Source: Heterodontus francisci
Taxonomy: Eukaryota
Reading direction: 5' to 3'
Length of the DNA: 64,000 nt
NCBI RefSeq assembly: GCF_036365525.1
Contig: NC_090419.1
Coordinates: 13,206,001-13,270,000 of the forward strand
The notes beneath the pieces are model-generated. The model had not been told where the DNA came from. It did not search any database and saw only the letters and a list, made by a program, of their open reading frames with translations. The position numbers and the translations under genes are program-made. Below, in pieces: positions 35,615 through 47,999 of this stretch (its first letter is position 1; every line of letters starts with the position of its first letter).

Positions 35615-35932
35615 GCCGTCACTCAGCGGCAAATCTGCTACGCTAAACTGGAGCTGGCTTCGTCGCGGGAGCAGCGCGGCCGGAAGTTCACCAAGACGCA
35701 GTACACCGAGATCCTGGACATGCTGAAGGGCGACGGTGCGGAGGGGAAGGGGAAGCTGGTGGGGCCGGAGATCCGGGCAGACAACACCCTGAGCAGGACC
35801 TTGCCCAAAGCCCCCACGAGCCAGAGTCTGGACCTTGAGAACTCGGACCTTTACGCCTCTGTCCGGCTGGGCAGGCGAGAGGAGAAGACACAGAGTGAGG
35901 AGTACGCCAACAAAGAGAGCCTTAAAATCTGA
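35615..35932 (+). CDS. SIT1: SIT1-like last coding exon with four tyrosine motifs
   Basis: ctctgtctccgcAG acceptor, phase 0. ICYAKL, TQYTEI, DLYASV and EEYANK are colinear with human SIT1 CYTSL, VKYSEV, ELYASV and YANS (recalled). The summed CDS is 633 nt = 210 aa plus stop. Confidence 0.9.
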   Translation, partial: AVTQRQICYAKLELASSREQRGRKFTKTQYTEILDMLKGDGAEGKGKLVGPEIRADNTLSRTLPKAPTSQSLDLENSDLYASVRLGRREEKTQSEEYANKESLKI

Positions 35933-36357
35933 TGAGACCTTCGGCGATGCTGCATCGGGGGACAGCATTAGTTGCTTTACCCTGAAACTCTCAATCCCGA
36001 GGACCTCTCCCTCTCTCCATTTTCGAATCAATATTTCTGAACTGATGGACTAATGACACAATTCCAATGACCCACAGCCCTGCAGGCTGGCGGGTTCCCC
36101 AACCGTGAATCTGGATGCTTGGGAACAATTGCAGAACGGACCTGGACCACAGTTTTTTGGATAACTGTTCCGCACGCCGGGTCCCTCAGCAGCTCATTCA
36201 GGGATAAATCTGGACGCAGATGGTCGTCGATGACAGGAGATCGATCCCGTTGGCGATTGAGATACACTCTTTCATTCTGTCTCTCCCTTTCTCATTCCCA
36301 AGGCCAAATTCTCATCTCCCTTAGCTTTTAAGCGTCTCTTTCTGCAGACAAGATTCA

Positions 36358-37380
36358 GGGTATTCACAGGATGTCTCCGGGGAGTGTGTCAGTATTTACA
36401 GGGGGATTGTGTCAGTATTTCCAGGGGGTCCTGGGGAGTGTGTCAGTATTTACAGGGGGTCCCCGGGGACTGTGTCAGTATTTACAGGGGGTTCCCGGGG
36501 ACTGTGTCAGTATTTACAGGGGCTCCCCGGGGACTGTGTCAGCATTTCCAGGGGGTCCTGGGGAGTGTGTCAGTATTTACAGGGGGTCCCCGGAGACTGT
36601 GTCAGTATTTACAGGGGCTCCCCGGGGAGTGTGTCAGTATTTCCAGGGGGTCCTGGGGAGTGTGTCAGTATTTACAGGGGGTCCTGGGGAGTGTGTCAGT
36701 ATTTACAGGGGTTCCCCGGGGAGTGTGTCAGTATTTAGAGGGGTTCCCCGGGGACTGTGTCAGTATTTACAGGGGGTCCTGGGGACTGTGTCAGTATTTA
36801 CAGGGGGTCCCCGGGGACTGTGTCAGTATTTACAGGGGGTCCCCGGGGACTGTCAGCATTTCCAGGGGGTCCTGGGGAGTGTGTCAGTATTTACAGGATG
36901 TCTCTGGGGTCTGTGTCAGTATTTACAGGGGGTCCCCGGGGACTGTGTCAGCATTTCCAGGGGGTCCTGGGGGGTGTGTCAGTATTTACAGGGGGTCCCC
37001 GGGGAGTGTGTCAGTATTTACAGGGGGTCCCCGGGGAGTGTGTCAGTATTTACAGGGGGTCCCCGGGGACTGTGTCAGTATTTACAGGGGCTCCCCGGGG
37101 ACTGTGTCAGCATTTCCAGGGGGTCCTGGGGAGTGTGTCAGTATTTACAGGGGATCCTGGGGAGTGTGTCAGTGTTGATAGTGGATCTCAGGGTATGTGT
37201 CAGTATTTACAGGGGGTCCCCGGAGACTGTGTCAGTATTTACAGGGGCTCCCCGGGGAGTGTGTCAGTATTTACAGGGGGTCCTGGGGAGTGTGTCAGTA
37301 TTTACAGGGGTTCCCCGGGGAGTGTGTCAGTATTTAGAGGGGTTCCCCGGGGACTGTGTCAGTATTTACAGAGGGTCCCT
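36358..37380 (+). repeat. Second ~31-bp minisatellite array downstream of the SIT1 stop
   Basis: Same unit family with gactgt and ttccag variants. Confidence 0.97.
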
Positions 37381-37734
37381 GTCGATATTTACATGCCTGT
37401 GTTGGGTGCTAAAATGTCCCTGTTTCAACTCACTGAGATAATACAATCACTGCCTGAGATTAACAGCCTTTGGCACCACAAAGTGCCCAGGTAGATCGAA
37501 TAATCGGGGAACACTACATAAAGTGAACACACTCCGGGGGCAAACCTGAACTTCACAAATGTAGTCCAGGTTCCTCCCTGAGAGAGACAGGGCACCTGCT
37601 GCTCCAGGTACGCTGTAAAGAGATTTAACAAAAAGACAATCGGCAGATAAACGGCTTGAAATAAACATAATGGCAAAATAAAATGGTAAAAATTTAGTTT
37701 TCAAAAGTGACGAAAGATACACTTTCAATCACAG

Positions 37735-38185
37735 AATCGCACAGGCATAGGCCATTCGGCCTCTCGTGCCTGTGCTGGCTCTTTGAACGAGCTATCTAAT
37801 TAATCCCACATCCCTGCAAATTTTCCCCCTTCCAGTATTTCTCCAATTCCCCTTTTGAAAGTTACTATTGAATCTGCTTCCACCGCCCTTTCAGGCAGCG
37901 CGTTCCAGATCACAACAACTCACTGCGTCGAAAACATTCCCATCTCCCCCTCTGGTTCTTTTCCCGATTGCCTTAAATCTGTGTCCCTCTGGTTACCGAC
38001 CCTCCTGCCAGTGGGAACAGTTTCTCCTCATTTACTCCATCAAAACCCCTAATGATTTTGAACGCCTCGATTAAATCTCCCCTTAACCTTCTCTGCTCGA
38101 AGGAGAACAATCCCAGTTTCTCCCGGTCTCTCCACGTTAACTGAAGTCCCTCATCCCTGGGACCACTCTCAGAAATCTCCTGTGC
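37735..38185 (-). mobile_element. CR1-type LINE 3' fragment
   Basis: Highly similar to 12750-13130. Confidence 0.8.
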
Positions 38186-38824
38186 ATCCTCACCCGCGGG
38201 ATACAGTACTGAGGGAGTGCTGCACTGTCAGTGGTGCTATCTTTCGGAAGACATTAAACCGATGGGTTCACCCGCTGCATAACCAACATTTGTTAACATT
38301 TAATTGGCTGCCCCAGTGCCTTTCCCCAGTTCAGGAGGTTGCAAAGCGCCTCCCAGGCAACGCAGTCCTTTATTTTTGAAGTGTGGTCACTGTTGTAACG
38401 TAGGGAGTGCGGCAGCCGATTTGTGCACAGCAAGATCCCACGGGCCGCGTGATAATGACCCAGATCATCTGTTTTTTGGGGGGGCTTTGGTTGCGGGATA
38501 AATATTGGGTCCCTCTCTCTGGCAAGGACATAACCTGAGAAAATAGACTTCTTGTTGCTGCGTTCCTTATTGTATGTGTGTTTTTTAAGTCATAGTTTAA
38601 AGGTGGCAGTAGACTTTGCCAGTTGGGCACTGCCTTCCCTCCCTCCGGAACCTGGGTCCAGCGATGGGGTGAATGCTTCCGTTGCCACTGACCATATAAG
38701 TACTCCACCTGGGCAACCTCATCCCTATTCCGAGTGACTTCACACGGTTTTACTCTGTATCTAACCCCCGTTTTGTTTTCATGGGGACAGTTCAGAGCGA
38801 GCTTTACTCTGTATCCAACCCCGA

Positions 38825-41100
38825 TTTTTTTTATATATTATATATAAGGTGACCTTTATACCCCAGGCTCCTTTTATTGTGGATGAGGGGGCCTTTATTC
38901 CCCAGGCCCTCTTTATATACATTTTAAATAAATAACTTTATTAAACACAGATAAATAAACCAAAAACTCAAATTAAAATGCCATTCTTGGCGTCGACGAT
39001 GCACTCCAGCCCCCGCGGTGCCCACCGGTCGTAGAAGGTCTCAAGTGTACCGGCGGACACCGCATGCTCCTTCTCCAGGGACACCCGGGTGTGAACGTAA
39101 CCTCGGAAGAGGGGCAGGCAATCAAGGAGGACGGACCCCCCCCCCCCCCCCGAATGGCCCGCAGCCTGGACCTGTGAATTGCCACCTTGGCCAGGCCCAG
39201 GAGCAGACCGACGAGGAGATCTTCCTCCCGGCCCAAGCCCCTCCGCACCGTGTGCCCAAAGATCAGGAGCGTGGGGCTGAAGTGCAGCCAGAACTTGAGG
39301 AGCAGCCCCTTTAAATACTCGAACAGGGGCTGCAACCTCGCACACTCCGTATAAACATGGAATACGGACTTGTCCAGGCCGCAGAAAGTACAGGCGGCCT
39401 GGGAGTCCGTGAAACGACTTCCAAGACTATTGCATGGGACTGCCCTGTGCAACGCCCTCCACCCCAGGTCTCCGATGTAAAGGGGGAGGACTCCCGCGTT
39501 GAGAGACCTCCACCGTGGTTCCCCTCGCCGCCAGATGGCAACACGGTCTGCCATGGCGTGTCCAGCCGGCTGATGAGGGCAAGGAAGTGGAGAGTGTGCA
39601 GGAGCAGCCCATACAGGAACCCCTCCGCACCATGTGGAATGGCACGGAGGACATTTCCCAGAGGTGGCACAGCTTGTGCGGTTCCGGCTCCCAAGGAGGG
39701 TTTCAGCGCCTGGGTCCGATAAGCAGTTCCGGCCGAGCGGGGGCTAGCATAGCCAGCAGCGCTCCCGGGCACCCTCGTCACTCACAGTGAGGGGCGTCTC
39801 GGGGGCTTCGGCTACTCCTCTGCCCGTCGGTCCGTTCCCGGAGTCGGCCGCTCTCCTCCGCCAGCGGGGGAGCGCCCTGACTGGAGGCGACCATGTTCCA
39901 GACTCGGAATAGATCCTGGTAAAGGACAGGCAACACCCTCAGAGAGGCGCGGCTAACGGACTCCACCGGGAGCTGCGTGTCGTCTTGAAGGCAATGCCCC
40001 TGGCGGAAAAAAATGTCACCAGCGCACACCATCTGGGAGGATGCTCGACGTACAGGTATCTCTGCAGGGTCCGAAGGCGGAGAGTCGCAGCCTGGGTGCA
40101 GACGCACACCAGCGACTGGCCGCCCTCCTCGATCGGGAGACTCAGGACCGTAGCAGAGACCCAGTGTTTCCTCTTGCCCAGAAGAAATCGATGAGTTTCT
40201 TCTGGATCTTGGTGGCAAATACAGGGGGCGGGGCCAAAGTGACCAACCAGTACCACAGCATGGAGGCCACCGGTTGGTTTATGACCAGCGCTTGGCCTCT
40301 GTAAGAAAGCACTCGGAGCAGTCCTGTCCAACGCCCTAGCTGTGATGGAGGATCTGTCGTCGGCCAGCAGCTCAACGAGCCGCTTACGGACCCCCCGCCA
40401 TTTTTCCAGCGAGTAGAAGGGTGAGGCGTGGTCTAAATCTTCCAGGATCTGGATCCGCGACCTCACATGCGCACCTCGGGACCCTATGAGCTGCAAGTCC
40501 CTCAGCGCGCCCTTCTTCTCTTTATACGCCTGCCACAAGGCCGGGTCCGCGATGGCATGACTGAGGCGGGACTCCCAAGTCGAGCACCTCCCTTTCTAAG
40601 AGCCCGATCTCGGCCTCCCGCCTCTTGGTCAACCTCTTCGCGTACTCCTGACAGAAGACATGGATGTGAGTCTTGCCCACATCCCACCATAGCCTCAAGG
40701 AGGGGAAGCCCCCCCTGCTTCCTTCTCCAGTCAGCCCAGAATCGATGGAACAAGTCCCGGAAACGATCAATTCCCTCAACTTCTCCACTGACGCTTAGTC
40801 GCGCTGGGGACCGGAGAGATTCCGCCCCCCCCCCCCCACCCACCCACCACCGCCCCAAGGTGCAATCGCCGCTATAGACAGAGCTCAAGAGAGCGTCAGG
40901 CTGTTGGGAGGGTGGACCCTCACAGGTCTCGCCCCCCCCACCCAGGACACCCGACCCATCGGCCAAAGGAATGATTTCTCCCGTGTGGTCCACAGGCGCT
41001 CCCATCATGGGCGGGTCCCGGTCCTCGTGAGTTCCCAAAGCTACAGGGGCATCTCTCCCTCCTCCATACCGAGGGTCCCTGCCCAGGGCTTTCAGCCCTC
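38825..41100 (-). mobile_element. Internally deleted, more diverged Tx1 copy flanked by 70-bp repeat pieces
   Basis: ORF2 pieces (RFWADWRRKQGG, GSRGAHVRSRIQILEDLD, KFWLHFSPTLL, DAKNGILI*). Repeat fragments lie at 38748-38823 and 41103-41147. Confidence 0.88.
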
Positions 41101-42595
41101 ATGAGTGTGTTTGATGGGGACAGTGTAGAGGGAGCTTTACTCTGTATTTTATAGCGGGTGCCTGCGTGGATTAAGCAACGGGTTCTCTCAACTGAATGCG
41201 TGGAAAATTCAGACAAACAGATTGAAGTTAGTCAACAGTTCCAGTTCGAACAGTGACTGTATATGTGTGCGCTTTATTACTGCAACATACTGCGTCCAGC
41301 CCTATCAAGGAGTAAGAATTTAACTTTTAATAAAATGTCAAGTAAAATAAGTTAAAAAATGTATTTATTTTTCATGCTCTATAATTCACCCCACCTGGTC
41401 AGCGGGTCATGGGGAAGCCCACTCCTCTAATTTCATTATGGAGGGGCGCAGGGAGATGGAGGTTCCTTTCCGGGACGGGTTTGAGTGGAGTTGGAATGAC
41501 AAGATTTCTGAGGCTTTCGTCACTGAATCTTGTTAACACGTACTGATTTTATTTTTGACGAGAGACAGGCAAACAAGAGGCACTGAGATCCGGTGCCGTG
41601 TGTTGCACAACATCCTTAATTGCCTTGTGTCTGTCGAGCTGTTATCCGATATTTGTGGATCTACCTGTCCAATCAGCTTCAGTATTTCTGCATTTAACCC
41701 CCACATTGCCGCAAGCATTTTTTCAAAAATGGAAGAGAAATTTCAGACAGGTTTAGCGATGAGGAGATATTGGACAGGGCTGGGATTGTTATCCTTGGAA
41801 CAGAGGTGGCTGAGGGGAGATTTAATTGAGGGGTATAGAGGCAGAAAGCCTCATCGCATTTAAAACACACATGGAATGGGCATCTGAAGTGCCCTAACCT
41901 ACGGGGCCACGGACCAAGAGCTGGAAAGTGGGATACAGCTGGATAGTATTTTTTTTTGTCCCCCGAATGGCCTCCGTCTGCGCTGTAAATGTTCGGTTTC
42001 GATTATCGCGCCACCGGCTGGCCAGATCACGCAACTGCACCGTCACGGGCAACTGTTTACATGTTTTTATATGCTTTACAGTTCCGGGTTGCTCGAGCAA
42101 AGAGCTGGCGCAGACGTGGCGGGGCCGAATGGCCTCCTCCCTTCTCATGTCGATGGCTCGGCCTCTCACCAGCCCAGCAGTTCTTGCGAAACAAATGACT
42201 CGAGTGCCTGGGCGAGATGCTGGAGGACAGAATATCAAAAAAAAAAAAACAGGATGATAACGGTGAGCATCTTCACGGTGGGGCTTACAGTCCGGTGACT
42301 CCACCTTTCCTTGCTGCCAGCAGTGGCTCATTCATCACAGCAGAGATTGGAACTTTGGCTATCTAATTCAATGACGTTGGACATCCCCTCCCCACGTGCC
42401 CAGACTTCCCCCCACAATGCTCCCCAACTGGTACCTGTGCCAGCGGAGGCTTTAAAGTCGAGTTAGCTCCCAGGCCAGGGCACACTCTGCTGCTGAGCCT
42501 GTCCGACATCTCCGGAATGACAGGAGACCCGAAATGGTCGCTCGACCAGAAGCCACAGGCTTGAAGCGATCTTAAATGAGGAAACATGTACAGCT

Positions 42596-42948
42596 TTTTT
42601 TAGATTAGAGATACAGCACTGAAACAGGCCCTTCGGCCCACCGAGTCTGTGCCGAACATCAACCACCCATTTATACTAATCCTACACTAGTCCCATATTA
42701 CTATCAAACACCCCCACCTGTTCCTATATTTCCCTACCACCTACCTATACTAGTGACAATTTATAATGGCCAATTTACCTATCAACCTGCAAGTCTTTTG
42801 GCTTGTGGGAGGAAACCGGAGCACCCGGAGAAAACCCACGCAGACACAGGGAGAACTTGCAAACTCCACACAGGCAGTACCCGGAATCGAACCCGGGTCC
42901 TTGGAGCTGCGAGGCTGCGGTGCTAACCACTGCGCCACTGTGCCGCCC
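42596..42948 (-). mobile_element. HE1-like V-SINE
   Basis: Reverse complement of the 14383-14743 family. Confidence 0.85.
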
Positions 42949-44446
42949 TTTGCTCGTGGGTGCTCTGGCGCCTGATGCATGCGTGTGCTGTATTAGGTGC
43001 CACCGCTGTTTTCTGGCCACTGACTCCATCCCTCTTCCCTGGCAACTGCCCGAGGCTGACCCAGTCCGTTCGCAGCCGAGACGAGCTTACGATTGCGTCA
43101 CCGCGCCAGCTCCAAGACCGCCCGTTTCCGTAACTGTAACATCGCCTGACTCTGCCACGCCTCAGCTCATCCGCTGCTGAAACCCTCACCCGTGCCTTTT
43201 TTTTTTATAACCTCTGGACTTGACTATTCCAATGCACGCCTGGCTGGCCTCCCATGTTCCACCCTCTATCTGTGACCTCCTCCAGCCCCTACAACCCTCC
43301 AAGATCTCTGTAACCTCCTACAACCCTCCGCGATCTCTGCGCTCCTCCAATTCCGGCCTCTCGAGCATCCCAGATTCCCATCGCTCCGCCACTGGGGGCC
43401 GCGCCTTCAGCTGCCTGGGGCCCCCCTCCCTGTGACCTGGAATTCCCTCCCTACACCTCTCCGCTTCTCTCTCCTCAAAAAACCGACCTCTTGGTCATCT
43501 GCCCTAAAGTCTCCCCGTGTCATGGTGTCAAATTCTGTTTGTTAAAGCTCCTGTGAAGCACCTTGGGGCATGTTATAATGTGTCGATACACTCAACAAAT
43601 ATGTTGTTGTACAGTGGAGCAGTGCTTCATCTGGCCTGTCCCTTTCAGGGCCACTGTTTATGCACCCCCTGTAGGGAAGTGGTCAATAGGCCCATTCAAG
43701 CCAGAGGCTAATTTTTTGGTGAGATCCCTATCGAACAGCCCACTGCTTGCAAGACCCCAGTACCTGCCGCTGGGTCGAAGGTCAGCACAGAAACAGCTCA
43801 AAAGGCTCCTTGGCTCAACGTCCCCTCCGACAGCGCGGCGCTCCCTCAGCACTGCGAGTGTCAACCTCGACTTTGTGCTCGACTTTTCCAGAGTGGGACA
43901 TGGACCCACGAGCTTAGGATCCGGAGGCAGGAGCGCTCCCCCACTCTGCCACAGCTGACAAGCAGCAAGTTACGGGGCAAGCTGCAAACCCTCCCCTCGC
44001 CAAAGTCCAACTGAGCTCTGACTGACCCTGGACTGCCCGCAGCAAACTTGCGGCCTTTAAAGAGGCAGGCCCGGTTTAAACAATCCCACCACTGCGGCAA
44101 GACATAACTTACTGTGCGTTTGACAGCGTAAGCACTCCTGCCGGTATAGAACAGCATGCCACCCGCTTTATCGTGAGTGGGGCATGCGGACGTGTACAGT
44201 ACAAGCACCAGTATGTGGAACAGACAAGAGAGGTCAGTGTGCCTGGGCTCGAAGGAACAGCCTGACGCCCAAACGTTTAATCGGCACTTTCTCCACAGCA
44301 ACCATTTATGGCTGACACTTTTCCCAGTTGATCCTCATGTTATCCCGGCTGCATTCGCCCAATGTCCAATTCTCCCTCGATCAGCTGGGTCACATGAGGG
44401 GGCGGGGGGGGGGAAAGCACGACGATCCGACCATCCCAAACTGCTG

Positions 44447-44581
44447 CTACTTTTTCCGCCGTACGACCGTCCAACCGTCTTGGGCTTCCTCCTGGCGGGC
44501 GCCGGCGCCCGAGGCCGTTTGGGGCCGGGGGCTGGAGTTACCGCAGGGAGCGCCTGCAGCGTGGCTGTCGCAGTCCATGGC
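44447..44581 (-). CDS. TSR2: TSR2 exon 5
   Basis: AMDCDSH...EEAQDGWTVVRRKK*, the conserved TSR2 C-terminus. Confidence 0.92.
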   Translation of the reverse strand, partial: AMDCDSHAAGAPCGNSSPRPQTASGAGARQEEAQDGWTVVRRKK

Positions 44582-45060
44582 CTGGTGGCAGAGAGGGAAG
44601 AGGTGTCACTGAGCGGGAATGGGTGCGGGCCTGACTGACATCCCTTCCTGGAAGGGGCGAGACAACCGCCACCCCCCCCCCCCCGCCCCCCATCCCACGC
44701 CGCGCGCCCACGACGTCAGGGGGGGTCGGCGACTAGGATCGGGAAGCCCTGGCCAATTTCCACCCCACTCGCCACCCTTCCCGCAGTCCAGGAACCGGGC
44801 GCAGTCGCAGGACCTTTACTCTCCGCCCAGCTCTCAGATCAAGACCCGAGTCGCCCTGCCCTGTGTGCGCGGGGCTCAGTTCCCACCCCGAGCAAGATCA
44901 GGACGGAACAGGCCTTCACAGCCTGTGAGATTCCCTGGGCCGAGCATTTACCCAGCAGTGGGGGGGGGGGGGGGGGGGGGGGGCGGGCACATCAGAGATC
45001 ACCCAGGTCACCCCGCTCCCCCCCAACTCCCCACCCCCAAAGCAGCTTCCTCACACGTAC

Positions 45061-45234
45061 TTCCGTTCCTTCGCTGTCCTCCTCCTCGCCAGCCTCCTCG
45101 CCCTGGCTCTTCCCTCGCACCGCCTTCACCGTGACGCTGCATTTCTTCTGCGCGAGCTGCTGGATGTGACCCCTGACCTCTGCTTCCTGACCCCTCTGAC
45201 ACAGGCCGAAGGTGGTCCAGATCTGCTGCGCCAT
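45061..45234 (-). CDS. TSR2: TSR2 exon 4
   Basis: MAQQIWTTFGLCQRG...LAQKKCSV...EEEDSEGTE, phase 0/0, GTACGT donor. Confidence 0.9.
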
Positions 45235-45647
45235 CTGGGAATGGGGGGAGGGAGGGAAAAAAAAGACAGGGAGGGTTAGGGAATCGGATGGCTAACAGGC
45301 CAGGGAACCTGACACCCTGTCTGAGAACTGTCTTCAAATAAGGGGGGGGGGGGGGGGGTTGGAGGTGGGGGCTGTTGGTTGCTGACAGCATGCAGGCCGC
45401 GGGCAATCTCATGGAGAGCGGGTGGGGCCAGAAAACCAGCGAAAAGTAAACGACGGGGAATCCCAAAGCTGGAATCGCATCAGAAACTTCACTTATCCAG
45501 CACCATTACACTACTGCAACGTCCCAGGAGTGTGATCACTGAACCACATCTGAAGATATCGGGACTAGGAAGCAAATGCTCTTAAAAAGACCCACAACCT
45601 TCCGAGAGCAGCGAATCCAGCGACTGACCGAAGCAGACGCCTCTTAC

Positions 45648-45739
45648 CTCCGATAAGCTGCCGTCTTCTACGACTGTGTCAAACTCATTGTACATCATGT
45701 CGGCAATGAGCTCCTCCACCTCCTCGCTGTCCAGGTCAG
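45648..45739 (-). CDS. TSR2: TSR2 exon 3
   Basis: ADLDSEEVEELIADMMYNEFDTVVEDGSLSE, phase 1/0. Confidence 0.95.
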
Positions 45740-46304
45740 CTGTGGTGCAGGGAGCACAAGTGAGAAATGTATAAATACAGGAACCTTGCTCCAATCCCTC
45801 CTCGCCTACTGGCACCGACTTCTGCGTGGGTAAGGGGGGGGGGGGGTTCCAGGGCACATCTGGTACCTCACCCAAGTGGCCAAAAAAGATATTTATCCTC
45901 GGGGCAGAGGGTGTCGCTAGCAAGGCTGGCAATTATTACCCAACCCTGGGCCCCCTCGAGGTGGTGGTGGTGGGCTGCCTTCTTGAACCGCTTGCGGGTC
46001 CTGTGCGGGGACGGCGCACCCACATTCCAGCCGGAGCGCCAGACAGAGTTGGGAGGGGGAGGGAGACGCTCCGGACACATCGCTCCGCAGTCACCTTGTG
46101 GCCAGAGCCAGCAACTACGCGGCGATGGCTGGCATAGCAACAACGCGCACGGGGAACGTCGGTGCAGCAACCTGCCGAAGTGACAGGAAGAGTGGGGCCA
46201 ACATGGAGACAACAGCACGTCAAGGCTGCAGAGAGGAAGTGTACCCACGGGCGCAAGACTTTCAGCAACGTGGCAGAGCTCAGGCGAGATGCAGTCGTCA
46301 GATG

Positions 46305-46655
46305 CGGTGCAGTGGCGCAGTGGTTAGCACCGCAGCCTCACAGCTCCAGCGACCCGGGTTCGATTCCGGGTACTGCCTGTGTGGAGTTTGCAAGTTCTCC
46401 CTGTGTCTGCGTGGGTTTCCTCCGGGTGCTCCGGTTTCCTCCCACAAGCCAAAAACTTGCAGGTTGATAGGTAAATTGGCCATTCTAAATTGCCCCTAGT
46501 ATAGGTAGGTGGTAGGGAAATATAGGGACAGGTGGGGATGTGGTAGGAATATGGGATTAGTGTAGGATTAGTATAAATGGGTGGTTGAAGGTCGGCACAG
46601 ACTCGGTGGGCCGAAGGGCCTGTTTCAGTGCTGTATCTCTAAACTAAACTAAACT
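46305..46655 (+). mobile_element. HE1-like V-SINE
   Basis: Same family as 14383-14743, with a (CTAAA)n tail. Confidence 0.85.
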
Positions 46656-47445
46656 GCAGCAAGGCTGGTGGGTGGAATTTAACCCCCCTTTTTAAGTCAT
46701 GCACTCTCGACCTCATTTATTTACATCAGAAATTAATTTGCCCATATTTACAATAGGTGTCTATGTAAATGTCACACTACAACGAGCACCCTCCCATCAA
46801 CGGTGGCAATTATAGGAACGTTAGGAGGCCATTCAGCCCTTCGAGCCTGTTCCACCGCCATTCAATGGAATCGTGGCCGATCTGAGACTGAACTCCACAT
46901 CCCCGCCTTTTCCCCATATCCCTTCATACCTATCGTCTCACAGATTTAAAATTGATTCCAGCATCGATCGCCGTTTGCCGGAGAGAGTTCCAAACTTCTC
47001 CCACCCTCCGTGTGTGGAAGTGTTTCCTGATTTCACTCCTGTAAGGTCTGGCTCTCATTTTTAGTCTCTGCTCCCTAGTCCGAGACTCCCCAACCAGCGG
47101 CAATAGTTTCTCCGGAGAATCAGTCCGGGCATCTGGATTACTAGTCCAGTGACAGCACCACTATGCTACCGCCTCCCCGCCGGCCACACTGCCTCCAAGG
47201 CTGGTACATCCTCCTTGAAGGGAAGGTAGTGTACATTTACCAAAAGGAGATCTGGGCTCCAAGGGTTAAACGATAGCATGAGAGGTTTACATTATAAGAT
47301 GCAGACACAGGAGTTTATGATGGGAGGGGTTGACAGGAGAGTCAAGTAGAGGCAAGATTGTTAACTGATTAATAATAAGTAGAAAGAGCGCTGTTGCTCA
47401 GCGGGAGACGGTGCATTCACCCTCTGACAGAGTGGCAGAACTCAC

Positions 47446-47536
47446 CATTGTCGTGGAAATACTGTGCCACAGCAGTAACCATCCAGTCTGCTTTCTGCTG
47501 GCTGCAAGACCCACCGAATCCGTTCTCCACCGCTAC
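47446..47536 (-). CDS. TSR2: TSR2 exon 2
   Basis: [30 protein letters not shown], phase 0/1, GTGAGT donor. Confidence 0.95.
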
Positions 47537-47999
47537 CTGGAATTCAACATCAAAACAGCACCTCAGTCTCCAAGTCAAGGGAGGCAGCTCATTTCCCCCA
47601 TCTCTCCTGGAGCTGCCAACTCTCAGCTTCGAGGCTCAAAGCCAAACCGCCCACCCCCCCGACCAATCCACCCCGAGACTTAAGCCCATAATCGATCCTG
47701 ACATGTCAATGCAGCACTGAGTGATTATTGAAAGGAAACAGGCTCACACACATTACTTCAGAATGTCCGACAGCGCTGTGCAGCCAAGGAGTACTTTTGA
47801 AGTCGAGACATGACGTCGGAAATGTAGCAACCAGTTTGAGCATAGCAAGATCTCACAAACAGCAACGTAATGACGAATGGGCCACCTGTTTTTAGACATG
47901 TTGTTTGAGGGATAAAAATAAGGCCAGGAGACCAGGGAGAACTCCCCTGCTCTTCTCCAAATAGTGGCTGTGGGATCTTTTATGTCTCATTCAAAAGAC

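Noticed and set aside
33118-35932. Long ORFs (759, 366, 905, 319 aa) of GSVSVFTG/VCQYLQG repeats, one running into the SIT1 C-terminus
   Set aside because: The minisatellite unit lacks stops in all three forward frames and G-run indels shuffle the frames. A strong acceptor at 35614 explains the real coding part.
36371-37494. 356/264/245-aa repetitive ORFs
   Set aside because: Same stop-free minisatellite artefact.
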